Source: Friedmanniella sp.
Lineage (GTDB): Bacteria > Actinomycetota > Actinomycetes > Propionibacteriales > Propionibacteriaceae
Direction: 5' to 3'
NCBI GenBank assembly: GCA_965218535.1
Contig: CBDCLF010000001.1
Span: forward strand, 1,003,150 to 1,067,149
DNA: 64,000 nucleotides
In this document: positions 1 through 10,154 of the stretch, piece after piece
Numbering within the stretch: the first letter of the stretch is position 1
Layout of the letters: each line of letters opens with the position of its first letter
Notes under the pieces: generated by a model
What the model saw: the letters and a program-made list of their open reading frames with translations, nothing else
Database searches by the model: none
What the model was told of the DNA's origin: nothing
Translations under genes and position numbers: made by a program

Positions 1-170
1 TCTTCGTCGCCCTTTTGGCCGGTGGGATTCGTTCGGTCTCGGCCGCCCAGCTTCGTCGCAACCAGGGCGGCTCGGGCACGACGGTCGCTTCAGCCGGCTA
101 CGCCATGCTCGGCCTCGCTGCAGTTCTCGTCCTCTTCGGGATCTATCTGATCGTGCCGCAGTTCCACTGA
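1..170 (+). CDS. Partial (3' end) hypothetical membrane protein
   Basis: Open frame from nt 3: FVALLAGGIRSV...YAMLGLAAVLVLFGIYLIVPQFH, ending TGA at 168-170; hydrophobic segments. Confidence 0.55.
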   Translation, partial: FVALLAGGIRSVSAAQLRRNQGGSGTTVASAGYAMLGLAAVLVLFGIYLIVPQFH

Positions 171-253
171 GCTGAGCCGAGCCCAGATCGATTGGGCTGA
201 ACTGACAACCGGCCCATGATCCGGGGAGACGGCGCAGGCGTTTCGACGGCCGG

Positions 254-343
254 CGGAGGTGGCGGGATTTGAACCCGCGAGAGGGTTGTGCCCTCAACCC
301 GCTTAGCAGGCGGGCGCCATAGACCGGACTAGGCGACACCTCC
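254..343 (-). tRNA. tRNA-Ser(GCT)
   Basis: Reverse complement GGAGGTG...CCCGC-CTGCTAA-GCGGG, long variable arm, GGTTCAAATCC T-loop, CACCTCCG; CCA not encoded. Confidence 0.96.
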
Positions 344-414
344 AAGAACACCTTCGCAGCGACGAAGGCTCCGCCACCCTACCCAGCGGGATACGGCAGT
401 GGCAAAGTCTGCGT

Positions 415-896
415 ATGGTCAGCGCCAGTTCAGCGCCCGGGGTTCCTTCCGACCCGCTCCACCACCCGCCGTTGCCAGCCGAACCTTCGGGTCCGGTCAC
501 GCTGGAGGACGCCCGACGGATCGCGCTGTCGTTGCCCGAGACCAGCGAGAAGGTTTCCTGGGGGACTCGCCACTGGCGGGTGCGCGGCGTCGGTTTCGCG
601 TGGGAGCGGCCGCTGAACAATGCCGACCGGGCCGCCCTCGGCGACTCCACGCCGGCCGGGGAGATTCTCGCCGCGAGGGTTGCCGACCTGGCTGAGCGGC
701 GAGACCTTGATCGCGGGCCCGAGCCGGACGTCTTCTTCACGTCCCCCACTTCGGGGATTGGCCGGCGATCCTGATCCGGATGGACCGGATCGGTCACGAC
801 GAATTGACCGAGGTGATCACCGACGCCTGGCTGAACCGCGCACCGAAGCGGGCCCGGGCCGCCTTCCTCGCCACTCATCCCTCGTCGGTCTCCTGA
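415..896 (+). pseudogene. MmcQ/YjbR-family DNA-binding protein, frameshifted (pseudogene or sequencing error)
   Basis: TLEDARRIALSLPETSEKVSWG..W N-terminus; after a shift at 743-747 the frame continues HFGDWPAILIRMDRIGHDELTEVITDAWLNRAPKR to TGA at 894-896. Confidence 0.75.
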
Positions 897-1150
897 GGCC
901 CTTCGACGCCGACCTCTTCGAGGCCCTTCGACAAGCTCAGGGGGCGTACTCGGGGCCCTTCGACAAGCTCAGGGGGCGTACTCGGGGCCCTTCGACAAGC
1001 TCAGGGGGCGTACTCGGGGTCCTTCGACAAGCTCAGGGGGCGTACTCGGGGCCCTTCGACAAGCTCAGGGGGCGTTCGGGGCCCTTCGACAAGCTCAGGG
1101 GGCGTTCGACAAGCTCAGGGGGCGTAGTCGAGAGGCTCAGGGGCGTTCGG
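897..1150 (+). repeat. Tandem array of REP-like 32-bp unit GGCCCTTCGACAAGCTCAGGGGGCGTACTCGG
   Basis: Units start at 922, 954, 986, 1018, 1050, 1080; core TTCGACAAGCTCAGGGGGCG occurs 7 times plus one degenerate copy. Confidence 0.95.
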
Positions 1151-1274
1151 TGGGCTTAAGGGCGTTGGTCACCGTCGCCGGTGGGGCGGAGATCATAGCG
1201 GTGAACGTCGCGGAAAGCCGAAGCGACACGTACGCTGGACGGAGTTTTGTCGTTTCTGCCTCAAAGGACCACCT

Positions 1275-2852
1275 ATGTCGGACGATCGCCCCCTCGATCC
1301 GGAGCCCACTCCGGAACCCGGGACTGGTGACTCCGGCGACACCTCGACCGCGCGTCGAGCGCTGCCGCGCCAGGAGGACTTCCGCCGGACCGTACTGTTC
1401 ACCGTCGCCGGCACCGTCCTGCCCGGCCTCGGGCTGATCGCGGCCCGTCGCCGGGTGGTCGGAGCGGTGGTCCTGGGACTGTTCGTGGCCATCGCGGCAG
1501 CGATCGGGGTGTACGCGCTCGTCGACTTCCAGGGGTTGCTGCAGGTCGGGGTCAACCCGACGCTGCTCCGCCAGGTCGCGATCGGCCTGGTCGTCGCCGG
1601 CGCGATCTGGGTCAGCGTCGTGGTGGCCACCCACCTGGCCCTGCGTCGTAAGCCCAACCGGGTCCAACGCGTGATCGGCGGCGTCCTGGTCGGTGTGTTG
1701 GCCTTCGCCGTGGCCGCGCCCGTCGCCGTCGCGGCCCGGACGGCCTACGTCCAGGCCGGTCTGGTCGGTACGGTGTTCAAGAGTTCCGCAGACACCCGAA
1801 GCGCGACTCGGCCGACGATGCCGGCCACCGCCCCCGGCGACGGGAATCGGCCCCAGCAGGACCCGTGGGCGGGCAAACCACGCCTCAACGTCCTCCTGCT
1901 CGGTGGTGACGCGGGCAAGGGCCGCACCGGCACTCGCACCGACACCGTGATCGTGGCCAGCATTGACACCGCCACCGGCGACACCACGCTGCTCAGCCTG
2001 CCGCGGAACACCGCCAGGATGCCCTTTCCGCCGAAGTCGCCACTGCACAAGTACTACCCGAACGGCTTCACCAACGGCGACGGCAACAACGCCGAGTACT
2101 TCCTCAACGCGATGTACGACAACGTGCCGAACGCGGTGGGCAAGAACGTGCTCGGCGACACCGACAATGTGGGCGCCGACGTGATGAAGCTCAGCGTCGG
2201 CCAGGCCCTCGGCCTGCGCATCGACTACTACGTGCTGGTGAACCTGCAGGGCTTCGCCAAGATGATCGACGCCCTCGGTGGCGTCCGGCTCAACATCAAC
2301 ACCTACATCCCGATGGGCGGGAACACCGACCTGCACATCCCGCCGAAGGAGTTCCTGCATCCCGGCCCGGACCAGAAGCTGAACGGCCGCAGCACCTTGT
2401 GGTACGCCCGTGGCCGCTACGGCTCCGACGACTTCGCCCGGATGGATCGGCAGCGCTGCGTGATCAACGCCGTGGTCAAGCAGGCCAACCCGGCCAATCT
2501 GCTGTCCCGTTACGAGGACATCGCCGGCGCCAGTAAGTCGATCGTCTACACCGATATGCCCCAGGAAGTGCTGCCGGCAATGGTCGACCTCAGCCTGCGC
2601 GTCAAGGATGCACAGGTGCGTTCGGTGGTGTTCAAGAACGGGAAAAAAGGCTTCTTCAGCGCCGACCCCAACTTCTCGCAGATGCGCAAACGAGTGCAGC
2701 AGGCGCTGGGCGAGACAAAGGAAACGTCCTCGCCCTCACCATCACCCTCGCCCAAGCCCAAACCGACCTCGGGCTCGGCCAGCGAGGACGTGGACAAAAC
2801 GTGCAAGTACGACCCGAAGATGGCCGCGACCGCCCGGCCCTACACCGGCTGA
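1275..2852 (+). CDS. LCP (LytR-CpsA-Psr) family cell-wall glycopolymer ligase
   Basis: N-terminal TM helices; NVLLLGGD, RTDT, SLPRN, YARGR, DFARMDRQR motifs. Confidence 0.93.
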   Translation: MSDDRPLDPEPTPEPGTGDSGDTSTARRALPRQEDFRRTVLFTVAGTVLPGLGLIAARRRVVGAVVLGLFVAIAAAIGVYALVDFQGLLQVGVNPTLLRQVAIGLVVAGAIWVSVVVATHLALRRKPNRVQRVIGGVLVGVLAFAVAAPVAVAARTAYVQAGLVGTVFKSSADTRSATRPTMPATAPGDGNRPQQDPWAGKPRLNVLLLGGDAGKGRTGTRTDTVIVASIDTATGDTTLLSLPRNTARMPFPPKSPLHKYYPNGFTNGDGNNAEYFLNAMYDNVPNAVGKNVLGDTDNVGADVMKLSVGQALGLRIDYYVLVNLQGFAKMIDALGGVRLNINTYIPMGGNTDLHIPPKEFLHPGPDQKLNGRSTLWYARGRYGSDDFARMDRQRCVINAVVKQANPANLLSRYEDIAGASKSIVYTDMPQEVLPAMVDLSLRVKDAQVRSVVFKNGKKGFFSADPNFSQMRKRVQQALGETKETSSPSPSPSPKPKPTSGSASEDVDKTCKYDPKMAATARPYTG

Positions 2853-2916
2853 ACCGCCCCGTTCGAAAGCTGCCGAACGCGGCGTTGCGGCCCCCGCGCA
2901 CCGGCTGCGGACCCGG

Positions 2917-3390
2917 TCAGCGCAGCGGGGAGCCGTACCCCCGGCTCGCGTCCAGTCGCCGCTGGATCTCGCCGGTGAGGGCCAAGAACGTCGGGTCGGA
3001 GCGGGAGCGGAGGTTGAAGACTTCTACGCCACCGTCTCCCTGCTGCTCGGACAGCGTCAGCCGGCGCCCGACCAAAGTGACCTCGGCGACCGAGACCCAG
3101 CGGGCGGAGGCGCTGCGCCCGGCTCGCGACACCGAAATCTGTTGATCGTCGGTATGCACCACGGTCCGCACCCGGGCGGTGAGCAGCAGGGCGGCTACGG
3201 CCAGAGCCACCCCCAAAACGACGACGACGACCGCCGCTATCGCCACCCAAACCGGCCAGCCGACCACGCTGGTCAGCACCAGTAGGCCGGCCCCGACCAC
3301 CGTCAGACCGGCGGCAACGGCCAGCCCCCGGACCGGCGGCGGGGCGGACAGCGTGAACTGGTTCGGCGCGGTCGGGGGTTCGGAGGTCAC
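2917..3390 (-). CDS. Hypothetical membrane protein (2 TM plus soluble C-terminal domain)
   Basis: ORF with two hydrophobic helices, C-terminus LDASRGY; directly downstream of tRNA-Ser(TGA). Confidence 0.75.
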   Translation of the reverse strand: MTSEPPTAPNQFTLSAPPPVRGLAVAAGLTVVGAGLLVLTSVVGWPVWVAIAAVVVVVLGVALAVAALLLTARVRTVVHTDDQQISVSRAGRSASARWVSVAEVTLVGRRLTLSEQQGDGGVEVFNLRSRSDPTFLALTGEIQRRLDASRGYGSPLR

Positions 3391-3410
3391 CCGAGGACCC
3401 TCTCATCCGG

Positions 3411-3497
3411 CGGCGAGGGTGGGATTCGAACCCACGGAACGGTCTCCCGCTCGGGCGCTTTCAAGGCGCCTGCACTAGTCCACTATGCGACCCCGCC
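3411..3497 (-). tRNA. tRNA-Ser(TGA)
   Basis: Reverse complement GGCGGGG...GGCGC-CTTGAAA-GCGCC, long variable arm, GGTTCGAATCC, CCTCGCCG. Confidence 0.96.
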
Positions 3498-3602
3498 CAC
3501 CGTCGGCGTGCTTCTCGTACGGGCCACGCCGGCGCCTCCGATCCTAACCGGGCCACCGGCGCTTCCGGTCGCGAGCTAGGTGGCCGTGTCAGGCTGGAGC
3601 CC

Positions 3603-4595
3603 ATGCGTGCAGTAGTGACGAAGAACTTCGGCGGGCCGGACGTGCTGCGGGTCGAACAGGTGCCCACACCCGAGCCCGGTCCGGGTGAGGTGCTGGTCGA
3701 GGTAGTGGCGGCCGGGGTCAACCGGGCCGACCTGATGCAGCGGCAGGGCCACTACCCGCCGCCGCCGGGGATCAGCACGGTGCTGGGGCTGGAGGTCTCG
3801 GGCCGGCTGGCGGCGCTGGGGGAGGGAGTGCACACCCCCACCGTCCACGGGGTCGACCTGGGTGCTCCGTGCGTGGCGTTGCTGGCCGGTGGCGGTTACG
3901 CCGAGTACGTCGTCGTCCCTGCCGGTCAGGTGCTGCCGCCCCCGCCCGGGACGGACCTGGTCGACGCGGGCGGCACCATCGAGGTGGCGGCCACCGTCTG
4001 GTCCAACCTCGACTCCGCCCGGCTCGCCGACGGTGAAGTATTCCTGGTGCACGGCGGCACCGGCGGAATCGGATCGTTCGCCATCCAGTACGCCCACGCC
4101 CGCGGCGCCACGGTGATCGCCACCGCCGGCACGCCGGACAAACTCCGGCACTGCCGTGAACTCGGCGCCGACCATGCGCTGTCCTACCGGGAGGACTGGG
4201 TGGCCGCCGTCCGCGAGCTCACCGGCGGGGCCGGGGTGGACGTGATCTTGGACAACATGGGCGCCAAGTACCTGGCCGAGCACGTAGATCTACTGGCCCG
4301 CGACGGCCGGCTGGTGGTGATCGGGCTCCAGGGCGGCGCCCAGGGCACCTTGAACCTGGGTGCGCTGCTGCCCAAATGCGGCTCGGTGATGGCCACGGGA
4401 CTGCGCGGACGTCCGGTGGCGGAGAAAGCCGAGATCTGCCGCTCCGTGGCCCGCGAGGTCTGGCCGCTGCTGGGTGACGGCTCGATCCGGTCCCCGCACT
4501 GCACCCGCTTCGACCTGGACCAGGCCCGGCAGGCCCACGAGCGGCTGGAATCCGGCGACAACGTCGGCAAGATCGTGCTGGTGGTCGGCGACTGA
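3603..4595 (+). CDS. NAD(P)H-quinone oxidoreductase (PIG3/zeta-crystallin family)
   Basis: GVNRAD..QRQG.YPPP, LGLE.SG, HGGTGGIG, GKIVL. Confidence 0.93.
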   Translation: MRAVVTKNFGGPDVLRVEQVPTPEPGPGEVLVEVVAAGVNRADLMQRQGHYPPPPGISTVLGLEVSGRLAALGEGVHTPTVHGVDLGAPCVALLAGGGYAEYVVVPAGQVLPPPPGTDLVDAGGTIEVAATVWSNLDSARLADGEVFLVHGGTGGIGSFAIQYAHARGATVIATAGTPDKLRHCRELGADHALSYREDWVAAVRELTGGAGVDVILDNMGAKYLAEHVDLLARDGRLVVIGLQGGAQGTLNLGALLPKCGSVMATGLRGRPVAEKAEICRSVAREVWPLLGDGSIRSPHCTRFDLDQARQAHERLESGDNVGKIVLVVGD

Positions 4596-4606
4596 CCCCG
4601 TCCCCC

Positions 4607-4662
4607 GCCGACTTGTCAGCGCCAGTGGTCGCCAGAGCGACCACCCACGCTGACAAGTCGGC
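4607..4662. terminator. Long hairpin between convergent genes (bidirectional terminator or REP-like)
   Basis: GCCGACTTGTCAGCG..GTGGTCGC-CAGA-GCGACCAC..CGCTGACAAGTCGGC. Confidence 0.7.
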
Positions 4663-6633
4663 TCAGGAGGTCCAGGCCCGCCACAACCGGGCGTACTCCC
4701 CCTTGGCGGCGACCAGTTCGTCGTGGCTGCCCAGCTCGACGATCGCGCCGTCCATCACCACCGCGATCCGATCCGCGTCGTGCGCGGTATGCAGCCGGTG
4801 GGCGATCGCCACCACCGTCCGGTCGGCCAGCAGGGCGGCCATCGAGCCCTCCAGGTGTCGGGCGGTGTGCGGGTCGATCAGCGATGTGGCCTCGTCCAGC
4901 ACCAGGGTGTGCGGGTCGGCCACCACCAGCCGGGCCAGCGCGACCTGCTGGGCCTGGGCCGGGGTCAGTTCGTAGTGCCCCGACCCCACCCGGGTGTCCA
5001 GGCCCCGCGGCAGCGCCTCGACCCAGTCCAGCGCCTCCACCGTCACCAGCGCGTCGCGCACCAGCAACTCCAGCGCGGCCGGGTCGGCCACGTCCTCCCG
5101 GGCCAGCACGACGTTGTCGCGGACCGTGCCGGCGAAGACGTGATGCTCCTGGGTGACCAGGGCCACTTCGGTCCGCAACAGGGTCAGGGGCAAGGTGGTC
5201 AGCTCCACCCCACCGACGGTGACCGAGCCGGTCCGGGGCCGATTGATCCCCGCCAGCAGCCGGCCCAGGGTCGATTTGCCCGACCCGCTGGGCCCCACCA
5301 CCGCCAACCGCTCCCCCGGCCGGAGCGCCAGGTCGACGCCGTGCAGCACGTCTCGGCCCGCCCGGTAGGCGAAGCGTAGGTCTTCTGCGTGCAGCAGCGT
5401 TCCGGCCGGCCGGTCGGTGCCGGCCTCGCGGTCCGGCGGCACTTCGGCCACCCCCAGCAGCCGGGCGGTGGAGGCGATCCCGACCTGCAATTGATCGACG
5501 TTGCGGATCAGCCGGCCCAGCGGTTCCTTCAGCGCCTGTACGTACAAGGTGGCCGCGGTCAGCTCACCCAGGCTGACCCAGCCGCGGGCGTAGCCGTACG
5601 CGCCGAGCCCCAGCACCAGTACCAGCGGGGTGTCGAAGGCGAACCCGAGTCCGCCGAAGAGCAGGTTCCGCAGCGACATCGTGTAGCGCTCGGCCTGGGC
5701 CGAGACGGCGATGTCGTCGTCGCCGAGGAGGTTGCGGCGGTGCTGCAGTCCCAGCGCTTCCACCGTCCGGGCCCCCTCGACGGTCTCGGTCAGGGAGGTG
5801 TTGATCACCGAGTACGTCCCGCCCTCGGCGACGTAGCCCTGCGGGGCCCGGCGGAGGTAGCGACGGACCGCGACCAGCAGCACCGGCGCACTCAGCAGCA
5901 GCGGCAGGGACAAGAACGCCGAGTTCAGCACCATCGCGGCCACGGTCAAGATCACCGTGATCAGGGCGATCACGGCCTCGGGCAGGCCGTAGCGCACGCT
6001 GCGGCTCATCGTCGACACGTCCCGGGTGACCCGGGTGACCAGGTCGCCGGAGCTGGCGCTCTCCACCCGGCCCAGCGGCAGCGCGAGCACGGTGGAGACG
6101 ACGTACTCCCGGGCCGAGGCCAGCAGATCCTGACCGAACACCACCGACGCCCGAAGGGCGAAGAAGCTCAGCACGGCCTGCAGAACCACCACCCCGGCCA
6201 CGCTGACCGCCAGCACGTCGACCCGGCTCCCGGACGCCGCCCCGCCGGTGACCTGGTCGACCAGCGACCCGAGCACGCGGGGGACGACGAGCCCGGCCAG
6301 GGCGGCCAGGGCGTGCAGTCCGAGCAGCACCGCCACCGTCTTGCCCCGGCTGCGCAGCAGGTCTCGGACGAACGTGCCGACCACCTTGCGGTCCGCGACC
6401 GGGAGCGCACGTTCGGGTCGCAGTGAGGCGGCGTAGTAGCTCTGCGCCCGCTGCTCGCGGAGCCGGTGCCGGCCCCGCCACGCCGCCAGCCGGGAGGCCG
6501 GATTACGGGTCCGCGGCAGCCGCAGACCGACCGGTACCCGCTCAGGCTCGGGCGCGGACCGCCACGTCCGCGCCGACCCGGGCAGGCTCTCTTCGCTTTC
6601 CTCGCGGACCGGTGCGGTCGTCGTCTCGGTCAT
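4663..6633 (-). CDS. ABC exporter, fused TMD-NBD subunit
   Basis: GPSGSGKST Walker A, LVLDEAT Walker B, IAHRL; degenerate signature LTPAQ. Confidence 0.93.
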   Translation of the reverse strand: MTETTTAPVREESEESLPGSARTWRSAPEPERVPVGLRLPRTRNPASRLAAWRGRHRLREQRAQSYYAASLRPERALPVADRKVVGTFVRDLLRSRGKTVAVLLGLHALAALAGLVVPRVLGSLVDQVTGGAASGSRVDVLAVSVAGVVVLQAVLSFFALRASVVFGQDLLASAREYVVSTVLALPLGRVESASSGDLVTRVTRDVSTMSRSVRYGLPEAVIALITVILTVAAMVLNSAFLSLPLLLSAPVLLVAVRRYLRRAPQGYVAEGGTYSVINTSLTETVEGARTVEALGLQHRRNLLGDDDIAVSAQAERYTMSLRNLLFGGLGFAFDTPLVLVLGLGAYGYARGWVSLGELTAATLYVQALKEPLGRLIRNVDQLQVGIASTARLLGVAEVPPDREAGTDRPAGTLLHAEDLRFAYRAGRDVLHGVDLALRPGERLAVVGPSGSGKSTLGRLLAGINRPRTGSVTVGGVELTTLPLTLLRTEVALVTQEHHVFAGTVRDNVVLAREDVADPAALELLVRDALVTVEALDWVEALPRGLDTRVGSGHYELTPAQAQQVALARLVVADPHTLVLDEATSLIDPHTARHLEGSMAALLADRTVVAIAHRLHTAHDADRIAVVMDGAIVELGSHDELVAAKGEYARLWRAWTS

Positions 6634-8561
6634 CGCCGCTCCCGGGTGACGTGGGGGCGGACCTCGGCCGCCTGGCCCCGGGTGACGACCCGGCGGTAGG
6701 CGGGCGAGGTGGCCAGCAGTTCTTCGTGGCTGCCGACCGCGCTGACCCGGCCCTGTTCCAGCAGGACGACGTCGTCGGCCTGGTGCAGCAGCAACGGGGA
6801 GGCGCTGACCAGGATGGTCGTCGCACCGCCACGGGCCCGTCGCAGCCGAACGCCGATCTCGGCCTCGGTGTGGGCGTCGACCGCCGAGGTCGGTTCGACC
6901 AGGATCAGCACGTCCGGCTCCCGGGCCAGGGCGCGGGCCAGCACCAGTCGTTGCCGCTGACCGCCGGACAGCCCGCGGCCGCGTTCCTCGATCACGCCCT
7001 GCCAGCCGCCGGGCAGGGCCTCGTACACGTCCTCGGCAGCCGCCGCGTGCAGGGCGGCTTCGGCCTGGGAGCGGCTCAACTCGCCGTGCGGGTCGAGCAC
7101 CGACTGCAAGGTGCCGGCGAACACCACGCTGCCGCTGTCGCTGACCAGCACGCGCTCGCGGACGGCGGCCACCGGCACCTGCCCCAGGTCGACCCCGCCC
7201 AGGGTGACCCCGGAGCGTCCGTTGGTCTCGGCCCGGTCGCGGGCGGCCACCTCGGCCCGGCGGCGGGCCTGGTCGGCTCGGGCTCGCCGCGCCGCCCGTC
7301 CGTGCAGGCCGGCGTCGACGTCGAGGCTGACCGCGCTGGTGTCCAGCGGCAGATAGCGGCCCAGCCGGTCGGCCAGCACGACTGATTCGTCGGGGACCGC
7401 GGAGACGACGGCGGTCAGCCGGCCCGGGCGGGCCTCGAAGCCCGACCGCGCGTCGCGCAGGGCTGCCCCGCGGGGCAGCTCGCCCCTGCCCGCTTCGTCG
7501 TCCGAGCGGTCAGCCCAGGGCGGGTCCTGACCCAGCAGGACGACCGCCTTACGGGCCGACACCACCCCGCGGATCCACTTCTGGGCGGCGGTGAAGAAGG
7601 TCTGGATCGGCCAGACCATGAACACCGCGTAGCCGAAGAAGCTGACCAGTTCACCGACGCTGAGCCGCCCGGCCAGGACGGCGTGAGTGCCCAGCCAGGT
7701 CAACACGACCAGGAACAGTCCCGACAGCAGCAGACCGGCCGAGTCGACGGCGCCCTGCCAGATCCCTGCCGACACCCCGGCCCGGCGGGTCAGCTCGGAC
7801 TGGGCGGCGTAGTTGCGGCCGAACGTCTGCTCACCGCCGATGCCGCGCAGGATCCGGAGCCCGGCCACGATGTCGGTGGCCAACGACGTCAGTTCGGAGG
7901 AACGGCCGCGTTCGACCTCTTCGCGTCGTTGCAGCGGCGCCAGCAGCGGGACGACCAGCAGAACGATCAGCGGCGCAGCCAGCAGCACGAACAGCCCCAG
8001 CGGCACCGAGGCCCGCAACACCAGCCCGGCGACGACCAGGGTCGCGACCACCGCGCCGGCGGCCTCGGACAGGATCTGGGTCAGTCCGCCGAACTCGTCG
8101 GTGTCGGAGCTGGCCACGCTGAGCACCTCCCCGGTGGGGCTGCGCCGGGGCAGCACCGAGCCGAGCTGGGTGGCCTTGCGGGTGACCAGCTTCAGCGGCC
8201 CGTACAGGCCGACCAGCCAGGTCCGGACCACCACGGTGTGATTGCCGATGCTGCCGGCGATGCCCACCAGGATCAGGCCGAACAACGCGGCCAGGAGCTG
8301 CCACGTCGCGCCGGTGTCGCCGGGGACGATGCCGTCGTCGACGATCCGGCCGATCAGGTAGGGGCCCAGCGACCCGGGCAGCCACTCGACCACGCTGAGC
8401 AGGCAGGCCAACAGCAACGTCGGCCACTGCTGGCGCAGCAGCCAGATCAGGAACCGGACGGGGCTGCGGAGGTCCGGCCCGGCGAACAGCTCGCCGGGCG
8501 TCCGGTCGCGGCGCCGTCGGGTCTCGCCGTACTGCCGGACCAGGGGTGGGAAGTCATACAT
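6630..8561 (-). CDS. ABC exporter, fused TMD-NBD partner subunit (degenerate Walker A)
   Basis: [19 protein letters not shown]; 4-nt overlap with the partner gene. Confidence 0.92.
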   Translation of the reverse strand: MYDFPPLVRQYGETRRRRDRTPGELFAGPDLRSPVRFLIWLLRQQWPTLLLACLLSVVEWLPGSLGPYLIGRIVDDGIVPGDTGATWQLLAALFGLILVGIAGSIGNHTVVVRTWLVGLYGPLKLVTRKATQLGSVLPRRSPTGEVLSVASSDTDEFGGLTQILSEAAGAVVATLVVAGLVLRASVPLGLFVLLAAPLIVLLVVPLLAPLQRREEVERGRSSELTSLATDIVAGLRILRGIGGEQTFGRNYAAQSELTRRAGVSAGIWQGAVDSAGLLLSGLFLVVLTWLGTHAVLAGRLSVGELVSFFGYAVFMVWPIQTFFTAAQKWIRGVVSARKAVVLLGQDPPWADRSDDEAGRGELPRGAALRDARSGFEARPGRLTAVVSAVPDESVVLADRLGRYLPLDTSAVSLDVDAGLHGRAARRARADQARRRAEVAARDRAETNGRSGVTLGGVDLGQVPVAAVRERVLVSDSGSVVFAGTLQSVLDPHGELSRSQAEAALHAAAAEDVYEALPGGWQGVIEERGRGLSGGQRQRLVLARALAREPDVLILVEPTSAVDAHTEAEIGVRLRRARGGATTILVSASPLLLHQADDVVLLEQGRVSAVGSHEELLATSPAYRRVVTRGQAAEVRPHVTRERR

Positions 8562-8686
8562 GACCGGCCCACTCTACGGAGTGGGCTCGCACCGGGCGAA
8601 GGGCTTTTCCCGGCCGGCGGTTCCGAAACGAGCAGGACCCCGGTGGCGGACCAGGCCTTGCTGCGGCGATCACTAAGCTCGAGGTC

Positions 8687-9292
8687 ATGACGACCGACTC
8701 GACCGACAGCGAATCCGGCCAGTTCAACGGGGTGGCCGGAGCGACGCAGGACGGCCGGGTGTACGTGGTGACCCCGCAGGCGATGGCGGTGGAAGGGCCG
8801 CCGGAGGCCGCGAGTCCGGCCGCGGAGGGTGAGGACGAGGGGGCGGGCCGGGCAAAGTCGGTCACCGACATGGTCGAGCAGCCGGCCAAGGTCATGCGGA
8901 TCGCGAACATGATCCGGCAGTTGCTGGACGAGGTGAAGTCGGCGCCGCTGGACGACGCGTCCCGGCAGCGGTTGCGGCACATCCACTCGGTCTCCATCGC
9001 CGAACTCCGCGAGGGGCTCGCGCCGGAACTGGTCGAGGAGTTGGAGCGGATCTCGCTGCCGTTCTCGGCCGAGGTGACCCCCAGTGACGCCGAACTGCGG
9101 ATCGCGCAGGCCCAGCTGGTGGGCTGGCTGGAGGGGCTGTTCCACGGCATCCAGACCGCCCTGTTCGCCCAACAGATGGCCGCCCGGGCCCAGTTGGAGC
9201 AGATGCGGCGGGCGCTGCCCCCGGGCGCGGCCGGGCCGAACGTGCCGCCCGGTCCGCAAGGCGGCGGCACCAGCGGAGGCATGTACCTGTAG
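8687..9292 (+). CDS. bpa: Bacterial proteasome activator Bpa/PafE
   Basis: VEQPAKVMRI, ELRIAQAQLVGWLEGLFHGIQTALFAQQMAA, C-terminal HbYX motif GMYL. Confidence 0.95.
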   Translation: MTTDSTDSESGQFNGVAGATQDGRVYVVTPQAMAVEGPPEAASPAAEGEDEGAGRAKSVTDMVEQPAKVMRIANMIRQLLDEVKSAPLDDASRQRLRHIHSVSIAELREGLAPELVEELERISLPFSAEVTPSDAELRIAQAQLVGWLEGLFHGIQTALFAQQMAARAQLEQMRRALPPGAAGPNVPPGPQGGGTSGGMYL

Positions 9293-9418
9293 CCGCGTTG
9301 CAGGCCCGGCTCTTCCGCTCGGCCCCGATTTTCCGGCCAGCCGGATCGGCGGGAACCGGAACGGCCGAGGCTGCGTCCCACTGAGGCAACCAACCCGCCG
9401 CCCTCAGCTGGAGCCCCG

Positions 9419-10033
9419 ATGCCTCGCACCGCCGACCACCCCTCCCCTGTCGTCTCGTCCCCGGCCGCCCCCGCCCCTATCGTCGCTAAGTCGCGCCGCA
9501 ACCTCGGCTGCGCCGACCAGACCGAGGTGTTCCAGCACCCGCTGCTGGAGGAGCCGCCGACCCGTTCGGGGTCGCGGCAGGAGCGGCAGCACTACGCCGA
9601 CCTGGTCGTTCGGGCTCGGGCGATCTGCGGGGAGTGCCCGGTCGCGACCCAATGCCTCTACGTCGCGGTGGTGCACTACGACGTGGCCGGGTACGTCGCC
9701 GGCACCACCGCCCGGCAGCGGGTCGAGATCCGTCGCCGGCTCGGCTTCATGGTGGAACCCGAGGACCTGGACACCCTGGCCGGGGTGGTCGGCGGTCGCC
9801 GTCAGGTCGACCACGACGAGATCCTGCGCCTGCGCCGTACGCATCCCGACGAGAGCCTGGAACAACTGGCCCACCGCCTCGGCTGTTCGCTGTCGACGAT
9901 CAAACGGCACCTACGCCGCGACCGCGACGAGTACGTCGCGTCCGCCGCTCGGACCGCCCGGCCGAGCCCGTCGCAGGTGCTGCAGGTCAGCGCCGCCGTC
10001 CTGCGCCCGCGGACCGCGGCCCGGGCGGCCTGA
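9419..10033 (+). CDS. Atypical WhiB-family Fe-S regulator with C-terminal HTH
   Basis: C-x38-C-x2-C-x5-C, GYVAGTT..QR, then ESLEQLAHRLGCSLSTIKRHL. Confidence 0.82.
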   Translation: MPRTADHPSPVVSSPAAPAPIVAKSRRNLGCADQTEVFQHPLLEEPPTRSGSRQERQHYADLVVRARAICGECPVATQCLYVAVVHYDVAGYVAGTTARQRVEIRRRLGFMVEPEDLDTLAGVVGGRRQVDHDEILRLRRTHPDESLEQLAHRLGCSLSTIKRHLRRDRDEYVASAARTARPSPSQVLQVSAAVLRPRTAARAA

Positions 10034-10052
10034 CGCCGGGGTCGTGAACGCT

Positions 10053-10118
10053 CTTTGAGCCCCGCCGGTCACTGTGAGCCCGTTGCTACGGGCTCACAGT
10101 GACGCCCGGGGCTCAAAG
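10053..10118. terminator. Nested inverted repeat between convergent genes
   Basis: CTTTGAGCCCCG..GTCACTGTGAGCCCGT-TGCT-ACGGGCTCACAGTGAC..CGGGGCTCAAAG. Confidence 0.75.
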
Positions 10119-10154
10119 TAGGGGTCAAGCCCCCCCGAGCGCACCCTTGGGCCC

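Noticed and set aside
897-1150. Possible CRISPR array
   Set aside because: The intervening sequences are short and nearly identical rather than unique spacers, and no cas genes are present
254-3497. Integrative element at or between the tRNA-Ser genes
   Set aside because: No integrase and no duplicated tRNA 3' end visible in the window
3411-3497. Selenocysteine or suppressor tRNA
   Set aside because: The anticodon is TGA (reads UCA, Ser), not TCA; a missing CCA is normal in Actinobacteria
6630-8561. ABC subunit as a pseudogene (no Walker A)
   Set aside because: The frame is intact, and the complementary degenerate signature in the partner fits a normal asymmetric heterodimer
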